64,000 nt of DNA from Octopus vulgaris (GCA_951406725.2 OX597821.1:113894001-113958000); one strand, 5' to 3'; positions 27,717 to 41,907 are shown, numbered from the stretch's first letter. Notes: generated from the sequence alone by a model not told the origin. Made by a program: numbers and translations.

Positions 27717-29334
27717 CAGACGATCGTATTCCCCGATTTTACGAACGACTCCCCACCACCACCACCACCATTCCCCCTTCGTTATCTTCAACAGTTATTG
27801 CTACCTTCTCTTTTACTTTTACAATTTTCTTCCACATTGCTTTGTTCTCTTTCCGTTTTTTCTCTCTCTTGTTTGTATTTGAATCTGCGTACGACAAGGC
27901 TGATATGTAGCAATAGTAAGGTATAAGATAAGGGCTGTAGCCCGATATTGGTGGTGGTGGTGGTGAAGCTTGGGGTCTCATGATTTATTCAGTGAAAGTA
28001 ATAGGGGTAAAGAAACAAAAATTTGTTATGATGATGGCTTCTGTGAAATATTATCCCCAAAAGAAGGGCTCTAATAGCAAATGCAAGGGGTTCACTCTAA
28101 TAATAAATAAACTTGCATTATGGAGCAGTTTTCAGAAAGGAGCAAGTATTAATTAGCAGCCCAGAGCTCACATGCCCCCTTAAAATGGTACACCGTCTTA
28201 AAGTTTGCTGTTTACTGAACTATTATAAGTACAAACGTAGTTGTGCGGTTAAGGCCGTTTCGCAGCCACGTGGTGGTAGTTTCGGGTTCATTCCCATTGT
28301 TTGGCATTTTAGGCAAGTGTATTCTGCTACATTCTTGGATCAATCAATGCTGTGATTTGGTAGACAGAAACTGTATGGAAGCCCATTGTATATTTATATT
28401 TATGTGTGTATGTATGCATGCGTGCGCATCTAAGTGTTTGTTTCCACACCGCTTGATAAACGCTGTTGTTTTGTTTACGTCCCCGTAACTTATCAGTTCG
28501 ATGAATGACCGATAGAATAAGTACCAGACTTTATACAAGCAGACAAAAGAGACAAAACATGAGGTTTTTTCGAGTTTATACGTGTTTGCTTGATCTAACA
28601 GAACTAGCAGAATCTATTTCTCAAATTAGACAATATCGTTTTGAAAAATGAAGGGCAGACTGAACAACGTAACCCTAAACATACAACGTTAAAGAAAAGG
28701 TCGGCATAGTCACGATCGGAGTATCTCTAGTCGCAGGCCTGCTTCATCAGTGATGACCCGGTGTTTATTCAAGAAAATAATAATTTGTCCATTTTAGAGA
28801 GAGAACTTGTAAGTTACCCTAAGTGAATGCGTTAACTAAAGTGGAAGAGTCTCTTTTTACACAAATTTAGAGATTTTCTTGCAGTTATTTAGTGAAATAA
28901 TGAATTAGCGGTCCTATTAAGAAATAACTATTTACTTAAGATTACTCGACGGCTTAACTTAATCAAATTCTACTTTAGTCGAGTTGGTGACCTTTCGGTA
29001 AGTGCTATTTGTTTTGGCGCAGTTGTTCACTTCGGTTCAATGTAAAGATTAAATACATTCTTCACAAGTTAATCCTTTCTACCAAAGTCAACTTTTAGGC
29101 GGCTACTTTCATATGATAACAGCTTTTACACCTGCAAATCGCTCGCTACCTGATTAAATAAGCAGAGCTTTAATAGCTATTGTAGGTGCTAATTTAGTAG
29201 AATGATAAGTGTTACAATATGAATAAGCAAACTCTCGATTCTTCGAGCCGGTTTCCTTACATCGTTAAAGCAATTTCACTTCATTTTAAAAGCTACTGTT
29301 CTTGAAAACCTCCTTAATGTTTCCAAAATACAAT

Positions 29335-29397
<63 letters not shown>

Positions 29398-29537
29398 ATA
29401 TGATATGATTGATTGATTGATTGATTCTAAGCTCACGAGCTGTGGCCATATATTCTATCGGTTCTTTTGCCGAACGGCTCTACGAGACATAAAGACAACA
29501 TCAGTTGTCAAGAATGGTTGACAAATACAGACGCACA

Positions 29538-29592
<55 letters not shown>

Positions 29593-29696
29593 CGTCTACC
29601 AAATCCACTCACAAGGCTTTGGTCGGCCCGACACACACTTGTCCAAGGTGCACGCAGTGGAGCTGAACTGACCACGTGGTTCAGTTCCACACCTCG

Positions 29697-29752
<56 letters not shown>

Positions 29753-30035
29753 AAAAATTAATTTACAAAGGTGTCATTAATTCTATTATTAGCCAATGTA
29801 ACTATTTTAAAAATGATAATAACAGAATCAATGACACAGGTGATAGCAGGCCAAAAAATAGCATTAAATAGCCGAGGGATTAAAGTTAATCAAAAGGACA
29901 TACTAAGTATGTCTACCTGTTAGAAATAACAGTCAAAACTCTTATTGTAGTTTTCATCAGTGTATTTTGGGCGATTTAATGAGTTTTGACTGTTATTTCA
30001 AGCAGGTAGACATACTTAGTATGTCCTTTGATTAA

Positions 30036-30097
<62 letters not shown>

Positions 30098-30339
30098 GTA
30101 TGTAAATGTATGTATATTTTTCAATGTGTACAAATAACACGAAAAAAAGATAGCTACCAGAGTAGCAAAAATTTACATAAGTGCCAAGGATATTACAGCA
30201 TACATATAAAAGTAGAAATTCCAGGGTTAAGTGAATTGTTTTAGCGCATAACGCAAATAAATTAAGAAACGGAATCAAACGCAGGTGTTATTCAAATCTT
30301 TTTGATGTGAATAGCACCTGTGCTTGACTCCATTTCTTA

Positions 30340-30396
<57 letters not shown>

Positions 30397-31149
30397 ACGA
30401 GCTGGCAGAATCGTTACTGCGCAGGAAAAAGTGCTTAGCAACGTTTTTCCTGCTTATTGCCCCGAATCCAAATGTCGCCGAGGCTGACTTTGTCTTTCAT
30501 CCTTTCAGAACCGATAAAATAAATGCAAATTGAGCACTGAGGACGATGTAATCGACTTGTAACCTCCTACAATTGCTGGCCTTGTACCAAGGTTTACATG
30601 TATGTACGGTGAGTGTATAAAATGAAAGAGGACGGTTTGTAAAACTAATACTGAATTATCGATCAAAGAAAGAATGCGTGTGTACAATATAAATGCAAGT
30701 GTCGTCCCCACTCGGCTGAAATATAAAGTAGGTTGAAAAAATTTGGATATATCAAATTTAAAAGGACGGAGATCTTGTCAAAATGTTTCCATGAAAACAA
30801 ATTACTGTTAGAAAAAGATGTATTTTTTCCTGATATGTCAGTTGTTGATTCGGAAATGTTATTGAAGTTGCCAGCTTCTTAACAAGTAGATGTCAATGTC
30901 CCAATATTTAAATTCTTAGTTAAACAGATGGATTAGTGTTCTGTACCTCCTTTACGTATTTTTCCAGATGTAAAATTATTTATGAGAACGTCTGTTACCG
31001 TTATCCCTACATGCTTCACAATACAATTTTGGTTGAAGGCCCTTCCACTTTTGATTGGCGGATTGTGTTAAGTGGGGCCCAAAGATTTTTCCTTACGCTG
31101 AAGCAAATTTAAATATATATATATATATATATATATGATAAGATGCGGC

Positions 31150-31250
31150 AAATATTGGCCCAGGGCATGTCTAACGGAGACATATCCAGGTGTAGGATGT
31201 TTATCCGGGATTTTTTGAAGGAATTTGTCCAAAGACTTCTTGAACTTTAT
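31150..31250 (-). mobile_element. Short LINE ORF2 C-terminal fragment embedded in (TA)n
   Basis: KFKKSLDKFLQKIPD...PGY resembles the FK..LD.FL..IPD.P..PGY end of CR1/Jockey-group LINEs. Confidence 0.5.
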
Positions 31251-31277
31251 ATACATTTACACACACACACACATATA

Positions 31278-31328
<51 letters not shown>

Positions 31329-31462
31329 TGACGTATTTATTTGAATATGGTAACACATAGACACACTTTCGTGCCCTATCAGTATTTGTGAAGGAAGCAT
31401 CCTTCCCGTCTTCAACTTATGATACACACGGACTCGAGTTTCAACTCGACAACTGTGATTGT

Positions 31463-31507
31463 CACACGCCGATGATAGGTTAATACCTTGAAACTCGAGT
31501 CCGTGTG
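31463..31507 (+). ncRNA. Type I hammerhead ribozyme motif with a U4C core change
   Basis: CACACG-CCGAUGA-U-AGGU(UAAU)ACCU-U-GAAAC-UCGA-GUC-CGUGUG. Perfect 6-bp stem I, GUC site, palindromic stem III ACUCGAGU. Confidence 0.7.
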
Positions 31508-32135
31508 TATCATAAGTTGAAGACGGGAAGGATGGCTTCCCTTTACAAATACTGATAGGCACAGAAAGTGTGTCTATAGCAGCTATATAGGGCTACAAAC
31601 TACAGTAGCATCCACCCTAGCCATATTCAAATGGCAAATATATCACGATGTGTTGCCACTACTGTTTATAACTCGCTCTGAGATTTATCATTGTTATATA
31701 TATATATATATACATACATACATATGCATGCATATATGGGTACAGAACGTCACCAACAGTGCAAATAACATACACAAGAGAGATAGATACAAGACGTGGA
31801 CAGTTATTACAGGACGAAAACGAGTGAAATACGGAAACAACGGGGGAAAAATGGAAAACAGGACAAGTTAACACAGAAAAAGGACCCTTCATCAGTTGTC
31901 GGTTGTCTATCTACTCCTCATTTCGAGCATTCAAACGACAATATGAGTCTTCAAAGACAGTAGCTTCCATGAATTCTAAAATAAAATTTACGATTTATGG
32001 AGGGTCAAAGTTGGGAACAAAAGAATAATAGTGGAGACATACAAGTAAACCGAGCGAAAACAAACATGGAGGGTCGTTAGACCAGAACGAAAGAATAGTG
32101 AAGGCTGGGAGAGTCACTTTTTGAAAAGAGAAAAG

Positions 32136-32179
<44 letters not shown>

Positions 32180-32235
32180 AGGGACTGTGTGTCCAAAACT
32201 TACAAGGATATATATATCATATTTTGAAGTACTAA

Positions 32236-32269
<34 letters not shown>

Positions 32270-32295
32270 TAGAAAAACCCACGTTTTATCAATTC

Positions 32296-32484
32296 AAAAT
32301 GAACGATTAAATTACACCATCTAGAAAATTACATATAATAGAAATATTAACATTAAAATAACAATAAAATGTCAAAGATTAAGTAAATTTACTTAATCTT
32401 TGACATTTGTATTGTTATTTTTAATGTTAATTTATTTCTATTATATGTAATTTTCTAGATGGTGTAATTATAATTGTTCATTTT
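32296..32484. repeat. Spacerless AT-rich palindrome (~95-bp arms)
   Basis: Centre ...GATTAAGTAAA|TTTACTTAATC... at 32387/32388. Confidence 0.85.
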
Positions 32485-32526
32485 ATATATATATATATAA
32501 CACACACACACATATACACATACAGT

Positions 32527-32602
<76 letters not shown>

Positions 32603-32641
32603 TCACACACAGTGCTACAGAAACCTGGATACATATTTATT

Positions 32642-32691
<50 letters not shown>

Positions 32692-32863
32692 GAGACAAAA
32701 CCACTATTTTACATACACATACACACACATGTCTGCTACGGACAATCACATATATAAATACATTCATGTATGTATATTCATAATATTTATTATTATATAT
32801 ATATATATATATATACATATACATACACATATACACACAACGCACACATATATAAATACATTC

Positions 32864-32933
<70 letters not shown>

Positions 32934-33476
32934 GTATGGATGTATGCATATGTATATATATATATATATTTACATACACAGGGGGAGAAGGGGACAGAGA
33001 GTGAGAGAGAGAAAGGCAAGAAGAGGGAAGGAGAGTGTATGTGTGTGTTTGTGCGTGTGTTCATTGTATCGAGTTCGGCCCCCACAACGCAGTGTCTTAT
33101 GCACGTGCGTGGCTTAGTGGAAATTCCCCCCACGTTTGTAAGGTCGTGACTTCGATTCTCAGCGGCGTGTCGTGTCCTCGAACAAGACATTTTTTTTCAA
33201 CTTGCTCCACTTCAGTCAAATGACCAAAATGAGAAAGGCCAGCCTTGTCACATTTGGTGTCATGCTGAATGTCCCTGAAAACTACGTTAAAGCTACACGA
33301 AACTGTGGAGTACTCAGCCACTTGCATGTTAATTTCACGAGTAGGGTGTTCTGCTGATTGGACCAACTGGAGCACAAATCGTCGTTGCAATCGGAGGTCC
33401 GGTCGAAGTCTTGTAAGTGAATTAGGAAGACGAAGACCGTGTGGAAGCCGTCGTATACACACACACACACGCGCAA

Positions 33477-33552
<76 letters not shown>

Positions 33553-34125
33553 ATGTTTTGAGTTCTATTTACCTATATGCATCACTCAAAATATATGTAC
33601 ACACGTATGTATGTGCATATAAATGTATGTATTGGTATACATAGGGAAGAAATATATAAATTTCATGGTCATGTAGTAAAGAATTTCTAATACATACAGT
33701 CTGTCTATTAAATGTTCTACATTAGAGAGCATCATAAAATGAGTGATAAATCCCCTTCCAGGTTTTCTTAGGGGAGTTACGCACAACATGCGTACAGTAG
33801 ACACTATAACCGGATCTGTCTGTGGAACGTAACCGTTATATGTATGAATAGATGTATGTATGTATGTATATATATATATGAAGAGAGAGAGAGAGAGAGA
33901 GAGAGTGGGAGAGGAAGGGAGGGAGAGAGAGGGAAAGAGAGAAGAGGGGGAAGAGTGAATTTGAGACAAGCTGACACAGAAACACAATTTTGAGTGCATA
34001 AAGCTAAGTTCAGATAGCGAAGCAAATATACAAATGCATACAACAGCAGATATATATAGCTTATTATATTATAAGTTTGTGTACATGTCATCATACACAT
34101 CCATACACTCGTATAATATATATAT

Positions 34126-34180
<55 letters not shown>

Positions 34181-34658
34181 ATGTGTGTGTGTGTTAAAAC
34201 AAAGAAAACAAAGACAAGGAAATTTGGTATATTTTTAATTTATATATTTACGTATATACATTTCTGCAGACTGACATAAAGAAAAACAGCAAATAATTAG
34301 TCACAGACAGTTCCCCGATTGCTAATTGCCGCATTTTTAATGAATGAGAAACTTTCAAAAGAGACAGGACGGAATCATCAAAGGATACACACCAACATCA
34401 TTAGATATGAACTGAGATAAGAACACGAATATACATTGCAAACAACCTATCTAAACAACTGTCTACCCTAATTAATTAAAACATCCACGGACTCCGAGAA
34501 AAAGAATTTGTATATAAATGCATAGAAACATCGTACAGGAATTGAAGCCAATAATATTCTCATAAAGGCACGCATGTATATAACTAAAATTATCCGATAT
34601 AAATAACATCAAAGAAAACTAGAGAGGATCTCTGTTTTGCGAAAAATAAACAGTTATT

Positions 34659-35600
34659 CTTTTCTACTCTAGGCACAAGACCGGAAATTTGGGGGGAGGG
34701 GGCCAGTCGATTAGATCGACCCCAGTGCGTAACTGGTACTTAATTAATCGGCCTCCGAAAGGATGAAAGGCAATGTCGACCTCAGCGGAATTTGAACTCA
34801 GAACGTAAAGACGGACGAAACACCTATTTCTTTACTACCCACAAGGGGCTAAACACAGAGAGGACAAACAAGAACAGATAAAGGGATTAAGTCGATTATA
34901 TCGACCCCAGTGCGTAACTGGTACTTATTTAATTGACCCCAAAAGGATGAAAGGCAAAGTCGACCTCGGCGGAATTTGAACTCAGAACGTAAAGACGGAC
35001 GAAACACCCATTTCTTTACTACCCACAAGGGGCTAAACACAGAGAGGACAAACAAGAACAGACAAATGGATTAAGTTGATTATATCGACCCCAGTTCGTA
35101 ACTGGTACTTATTTAATCGACCCCGAAAGGATGAAAGGCAAAGTCGACCTCGGCGGAATTTGAAATCAGAACGTAAAGACGGACGAAACACCTATTTCTT
35201 TACTACCCACAAGGAGCTGAGGACAAATAAGAACAGACAAACGGATTAAGTCGATTATATCGACCCCAGTGCGTAACTGGTACTTATTTAATTGACTCCG
35301 AAAGGATGAAAGGCAAAGTCGACCTCGGCAGAATTTGAACTCAGAACGTAAAGACGGACGAAACACCTATTTCTTTACTACCCACAAGGGGCTAAACACA
35401 GAGAGGACAAACAAGGACAGACAAATGGATTAAGTCGATTATATCGACCCCAGTGCTTAACTGGTACTTATTTAATCGACCCCGAAAGGATGAAAGGTAA
35501 AGTCGACCTCGGCGGAATTTGAACTCAGAATATAGCGGTAGACGAAATACCGCTAAGCATTTCGCCCGGCGTGCTAACGTTTCTACCACCTCGCCGCCTT
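34659..35600 (-). repeat. Head-to-tail array of five SINE bodies (period 175-185 bp)
   Basis: GT(C/T)GATTA(T/G)ATCGACCCCAG recurs at 34706, 34891, 35075, 35250 and 35434. The whole array is flanked by a 17-bp direct repeat AAAAATAAACAGTTATT (34642-34658, 35601-35617). Confidence 0.92.
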
Positions 35601-36304
35601 AAAAATAAACAGTTATTAAATTGGTGATGTGAGTTGTAGAAAGCGAGAGGAAGGCGCCATTTTGGATCAAAGCCTTTTCTCTGAAGAAATGAGGATATAA
35701 ATGGAGTCGAAAACCTTCCAACTTATTTCTAAAAGTTTTCCACTGAATGACTTTGTTTCAAGCATTAGAACTGACTTCTCATTACGGTGAATGACTTTAT
35801 CTTATTTTACACAACTTAAATTTAATTAAGCTTATTTGTTTATTCAAATTGTAAATCGAGTTCTCTGTTATATCACTCAGAGATATTTCTCTTTCCTTCA
35901 TTCATAAAACTTCGCACTTCTTTATTCTTATGGAGACTTTTAACTGTTAAGTATACACAGGTTATGTAAACGTGTTTTGTTCACCGACACTGAATTGATG
36001 TGGCCCGTTGAAAAGAGGAGGTAAGCGGCCTCCTTCAAATATATTTTATTGAATACGTAAGAATGTATTTTTCTAATAAAGATAAATACATAAAGAATAT
36101 AAACAAATGTTAGTGTTTGAAGTAATCACTTTTGTTCATTGACAGTAGAGGGAAAGAGAGGAGGAGAGGGACAGAAGGAGAGGGAAAGAGAGGAGGAGAG
36201 GGACAGAAGGAGAGCGGAAGAGAAGAACAGAGAGAAAGAGAGGGAGAGAGAAAGAGGGGAGAAAGAGAATGAGAGGAAGAGAGACTTAAGAGAGTGGAAA
36301 TTAA

Positions 36305-36560
36305 GTAAATGACCAAAATTAGTGCAAGCACTAAGAAAGCAGGACAGCTCACCATACGATGCCAAGGGGTGAAGCTATCCAAGGTTAATCAGTTCAAGAA
36401 CCTAGGACCGATTGCTGACCAAACAACGGAATGCATTCAGGAAATCAGAACAAGACTTGGTGCAGGAAGAATAACCCAGAGGTCATTTAATAAAATTTAA
36501 ACAGACTGTGCCCTCAGCAAAAGCGTGAAGCCAAAAACCTGGTTTGGCTGGTAGCTGTCA
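36305..36560 (+). mobile_element. RTE-clade LINE fragment
   Basis: LSKVNQFKNLG...IQEIRTRLGAG resembles the post-RT V..FxYLG...EI..R segment of RTE ORFs. Confidence 0.6.
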
Positions 36561-38605
36561 CCATCTACCTCGGTAATGGACTGGTATCTCGGCAAGATTA
36601 AAAACAAAATTGGCCTATGCGAGATTTGAAATCAAACTGTAAAGAGCCAGATGATCGCACGGCATTCTTTCTAAGACTCTGAGGAGTGTGCTAGTTTACC
36701 ACCCTGTTATACATTACGAACGATTTCTACGTTGCCACGAGTGTATAGAAGAATAGATAAGAAGATAACACCCGATTGGTCTATTAACGGTACATCTATG
36801 GTTGTTTATCACGGTGGTGGAGTTTAGTTTCAAAAGCAGTGATAAATGAATCATACCCACGCCTCTTGTAAATAAAAGAATTGATAGATTCGTTGACAAC
36901 AAACTTGCGGTCCACAACAGCGAAGCTTCAAGCGTTGCGTATTTTCTTGATCATCTCTGCCTTTTCCTGTATCCGTAACGCATTTTCATGATTCTCTCCA
37001 CCTGTTCCTGTAAAAATACACTCGTGTGCGTCGTTTACTTGGACCAGGGGCCTTCGTATATTTTTTGTTCTCTGATCACGTGTTGATGGGGATCGGTACG
37101 TAAGCCCGTGTACAAGATGCGTCACCCCGCAACAGGGTCATGTAAGAACAAGCGATAAGCAGTTCATTCTGGGTAGCTGAATACAGTGGATAGTCACTAG
37201 GGAGCGCCTTGGCAGTACAAGCAGAACATTCAACTGATCACCAACCCGTGTAAACATGGACCAATCCGCAATATACGTAACATGGTTAACAACCGACCGT
37301 ATCCCGTTATCCCGAGTCCAGTGATGAATTAATCAGTGATAAATCTTAGGTAGATCCGTAAAGTCAATTCGAGACAGGATTTAAAATGAAAACTGTGTGA
37401 AATTAAATACTGTTAATCAATTCGCTCATATCTACGACTCCAACATCCTATTATGCTACATTGGTTCATTAATGTATTGTATCTAAAATATAAAAAGTAA
37501 CTTTATGAAGAATTGTGTCGTCGATGCGACGTTTCACTGACACAGTTAATTAAATATTTTAGAATCTTGAATGACATTAACTAAATTAAATATAACACAT
37601 ACTCAATAACACTTTAGTCATTGGCCTATAAAAAGTGGGTCATTATAATTTTCTGTAATGTTTTATCGCCTGAAAAATGCGGAAGGTAAATGAAAACTCT
37701 TTCGCTACTTCATACTACGCCTTTTATTGAAATAAACGTCAGAAGCAAGTAAGAAAAGAATAAAACGTGACGGTAAAATATAAACAGATGGAAAATAGAA
37801 ATACGATGTAATATAATAAGTAAATATGCTATTTCCTCTTATCTTTTGACAAACTCATTGAATGGAAAGCATACGTTTAGTGATAGCTGCGCCCAGTATA
37901 GAGTGGCACACACTTACATTCAAACTCCATTACAATCACATTGCATTTTATTTTCATGATAATTCGTGGACACACAGATTTCAATTATAGATTACTTGTT
38001 AGGCAACAGCGATCAATTAAACGCAAGAAATAGCACCTTGGAACTAAAATATAAAATTTAACGAAATGAAATAAAGCAAGTGATTTTAATCAAAACTGAA
38101 ACTTTTTAAGTTTTCATAGTTTTGTCAGAAGGTAAAGTCAGTGCTTTCTCAGAAAGTAGAAGCAATTTACCAGTTGATGTCGATTCTATAACGTTTGTGA
38201 TGGATGTCTTCTCGAGTGCTTTTGATATATTTATATTGTTTGTGTTATATTTACACTTGATAAAGTAGTCTCAGCAAACCAAATTCGTTACAAACTATAG
38301 ATCATTGCTTGAAATGATAATAGAGAATATTTAGTTTGTATGGGCCTCGTTTTGAGTTCTCAATATATGATAATATTAGGGTGGCCAACTGGCTGGATCG
38401 TTAGCATGCAGTGCAAAGTGCTTAGCGACATTTCGTCCGTCTTCACGTTATGAGTTCAAATTCCGCCGAGGTCGACTTTGCCTTTCATCCTTTAGGGGTC
38501 GATAAAATAAGTACCAGTTGAGTACTGGGGTCGATACAATCAACCAATCCCCTACCGCAAAATTGCCGGCCATGTGCAAAACTTTGACACTAATGTATGA
38601 TAATA

Positions 38606-38770
38606 TACTGTATTTACTCGTGTATAAGTTGTACTATTTATATTTGACTTTAAAGTTTTTAAAAACTGTGGTGCGACTTATACACGAGGCAAAGTTTGTA
38701 TTTGAAGTGGGGTGGGGAATTTGTATCAAGGTTTTATACTAAATTAGGGATGCCACTTATAAATATGGTA
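38606..38770. mobile_element. Small non-autonomous TIR element (pogo/Tc1-like MITE)
   Basis: Termini TACTGTATTT...AAATATGGTA. Internal inverted CTCGTGTATAAGT / ACTTATACACGAG. Confidence 0.45.
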
Positions 38771-39536
38771 AGAACAAGAAAAAAGGAGAAAGAAAAACGC
38801 ACTCAACGCCGGATCTGAAGTCACATCCGAAAGGGGTTCTCCGCCACGTCGAAAACGGTTGAGGAGTAGGGGCCGAAACCGGACCTGGTTCCTCCTGATG
38901 ATGTCTTTAGTCACTGGATCTTATGAAGGAGCTGTTGAGGTAGTGAACCACAAAATGTGGTTGGAATTCCATGTTAATAATTAAGAACGAAGAAAAGATT
39001 CTATTCTTACAAGGGTTGTGTCAAATAATTTGAACACAAACAGAAAGTTAAAAATAGTGGAGGCTTTCCAGCTGAGAAAGAAAAGCGTTTTGAGATCAAA
39101 AGATCGAGAGCCAAAATATATTTTACAGAGGCATTTAATTTTTTCATGTAACTCTGAGATAACAGTAGAGGGATATTCCTGTTTAAATAACGCAGACCTT
39201 GTGTTTAAGTAATTGGATCGCAACTGTAAATAGACTCATGGAAATATCAGGTCAAATAAGAACAAATAAAGAGATGAATAAATAAATAAATAAATAAATA
39301 GAATGTTACTTACGACTTTGTACAAAATTAATTATGAATAAGACTGGTAAACCAGTTATCACCATTCCTGTGAGAGTAAGAGAAACGGAATCGCATTAAA
39401 TATACAGTTTACATGGCAAACATAAATAAATAAATAAATAAATAGAAAAACAAAACGAAAGTAAAAGAAAAGGAAACAAATGTGAAACAAAATATATGCC
39501 TGAAAATACTTTAAAGCTAGCTTATTATTATTATTA

Positions 39537-39600
<64 letters not shown>

Positions 39601-39810
39601 ATTCTTTTACTCTTTTGCCGGTTTCAGTCATTTGACTGTGGCCATGCTGCAGCACCGCCTTTAGTCGAGCAAATCGATCCTAGGACTTATTCTTTGTAAG
39701 CCTAGTAATTATTCTATCGGTCTCTTTTGCCGAACCGCTAAGTTACGGGGACGTAAACACACCACCATCGGTTGTCAAGTGATGTTGGGGGCAGGCACAC
39801 AAACACACAC

Positions 39811-39853
<43 letters not shown>

Positions 39854-40012
39854 GGGTTTCTTTCAGTTTCCATCTACCAAGTCCACTCACAAGGCTTTGG
39901 TCGGTCCGAGGCTATAGTAGAAGACACTTACCCAAGGTGCCACGCAGTGGAACTGAACCCGGAACTATGTGGTTCGTAAGCAAACTGCTTACCACAGAGC
40001 CACTCCTATGCC

Positions 40013-40115
<103 letters not shown>

Positions 40116-40473
40116 AGCAGTGAGCTGGCAGTATAGCTACCGCACCGGGAAAAATGCTAGGGACATATCTTTCAAATTTACGTTCTAAGTTCAAATTCTG
40201 CCGGCGTCGACTTTGCCTTTCATCCTTTTTGAGTCGCTGAACTAAGTGCCAATTGAGCACTGAGGTCGATGAAATGGACTTAGCCCCTCTCACTAAATTG
40301 CAGGCCCTGTGCCAAAATTTGAAACTAATATTGCTTGTATCAAGATAAGAAACAAGGTATGACACAGAACCGGCCAAAGACTACGAAACACAGTACCATC
40401 CGATCGTTTCATAGTCAAAAGGCAGGTATGTGTGTGGAAGTCCTACATAGAAGATATCAATCTACTGGAATGT

Positions 40474-40548
40474 ATGGGACTCACACCTTACCAAATCAGT
40501 AGCGCAAACTTGATGGTGATGGTGTATTTCGGTTTTAATCCCCCCCCC

Positions 40549-40580
<32 letters not shown>

Positions 40581-40776
40581 CGTAAATGGAGAAGGATGTA
40601 ATGAGTACTCAACACTGCATTGGTAGATAAAGAATATAAACAAAGAATATAAAGGATATATATATATATATGTGTGTATGTATGTATGTATAATAAACTT
40701 CAAGGTAGTAAAAAATTATCTAGAAATTTTTTGCTACCAGTGCTCTAGCGTGAAGAAAAGACTAGTCTATAATATA

Positions 40777-40808
<32 letters not shown>

Positions 40809-40869
40809 TGTGTGTGTGTGGATGTATGTAAGTATATATATATGTATATATGCATAGTCTATAATATAC

Positions 40870-40920
<51 letters not shown>

Positions 40921-41015
40921 TATATTATAGACTAGTCTTTTCTTCACGCTAGACCACTGGTAGCAAAAAATTTCTAAATAATTTTTTACTACCTTGAAGT
41001 TTATTATACATACAT

Positions 41016-41083
<68 letters not shown>

Positions 41084-41264
41084 TTTATATTCTTTGTTTA
41101 TATTCTTTATCTACCAATGCAGTGTTGAGTACTAATTTCATCCTTCTCCATTTACGAATATATATATATATATATATATATATATGGGGGGGGGGGTGAT
41201 TAAAACCGAAATACACCATCACCATCAAGTTTGCGCTACTGATTTGGTAAGGTGTAAGTCCCAT
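40474..41264. repeat. ~790-bp fold-back palindrome
   Basis: Unique blocks (ATGGGACT.ACACCTTACC..., GTAAATGGAGAAGG..., TAATAAACTTCAAGG...CTAGTCTATAAT) recur in exactly reversed order. Microsatellite centre at ~40790-40910. Confidence 0.92.
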
Positions 41265-41463
41265 GCCGGATAAACCACCTACACCTGGATACGCCTCAAC
41301 CAACAACAACTCTCTCTGCTCGAGTGGTCCACTGTGTCCTGAAATAATTAACTAATGGACTTTTCCAGCTGGTGCTATTCAGTTAATCATGGCCTGGACC
41401 GATAATGGCCGAAACCAATCTAGGTTGTCTACGTTATATATGTATATATAAATATATGTGTGC

Positions 41464-41507
<44 letters not shown>

Positions 41508-41599
41508 ATGTGTGTGTGTGTTTATGTATACATATGTGTGTGTGTTTGTGTGTATGCATATATATATATATACTCACATACACATATATATATATACAT

Positions 41600-41820
41600 A
41601 TATATATTAATTAGAGACAAAACCACTATTTTGCAAAACAAACAAGGAAAGACATAATCAATACATAAAATTTTAATAAAATTTTATTTTTTATTTTTTA
41701 TTTTTTATTTTTTTACTTTTTTTTTACTTTTTTTTACTTTTTATTAAAATTTTATGTATTGATTAAGTCTTTCCTTGTTTGTTTTGCAAAATAGTGGTTT
41801 TGTCTCTAATTAATATATAT
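41600..41820. repeat. Inverted repeat (~80-bp arms) with a T-rich spacer
   Basis: ATTAGAGACAAAACCACTATTTTGC... mirrored by ...GCAAAATAGTGGTTTTGTCTCTAAT. Confidence 0.85.
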
Positions 41821-41861
41821 AATATTTTACTATAAAATTGGATTTATTCCCTAATATTTAT

Positions 41862-41907
<46 letters not shown>

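Noticed and set aside
34659-35600. Possible CRISPR-like array
   Set aside because: Units are ~184-bp near-identical SINE bodies without unique spacers; no cas genes; eukaryotic context.
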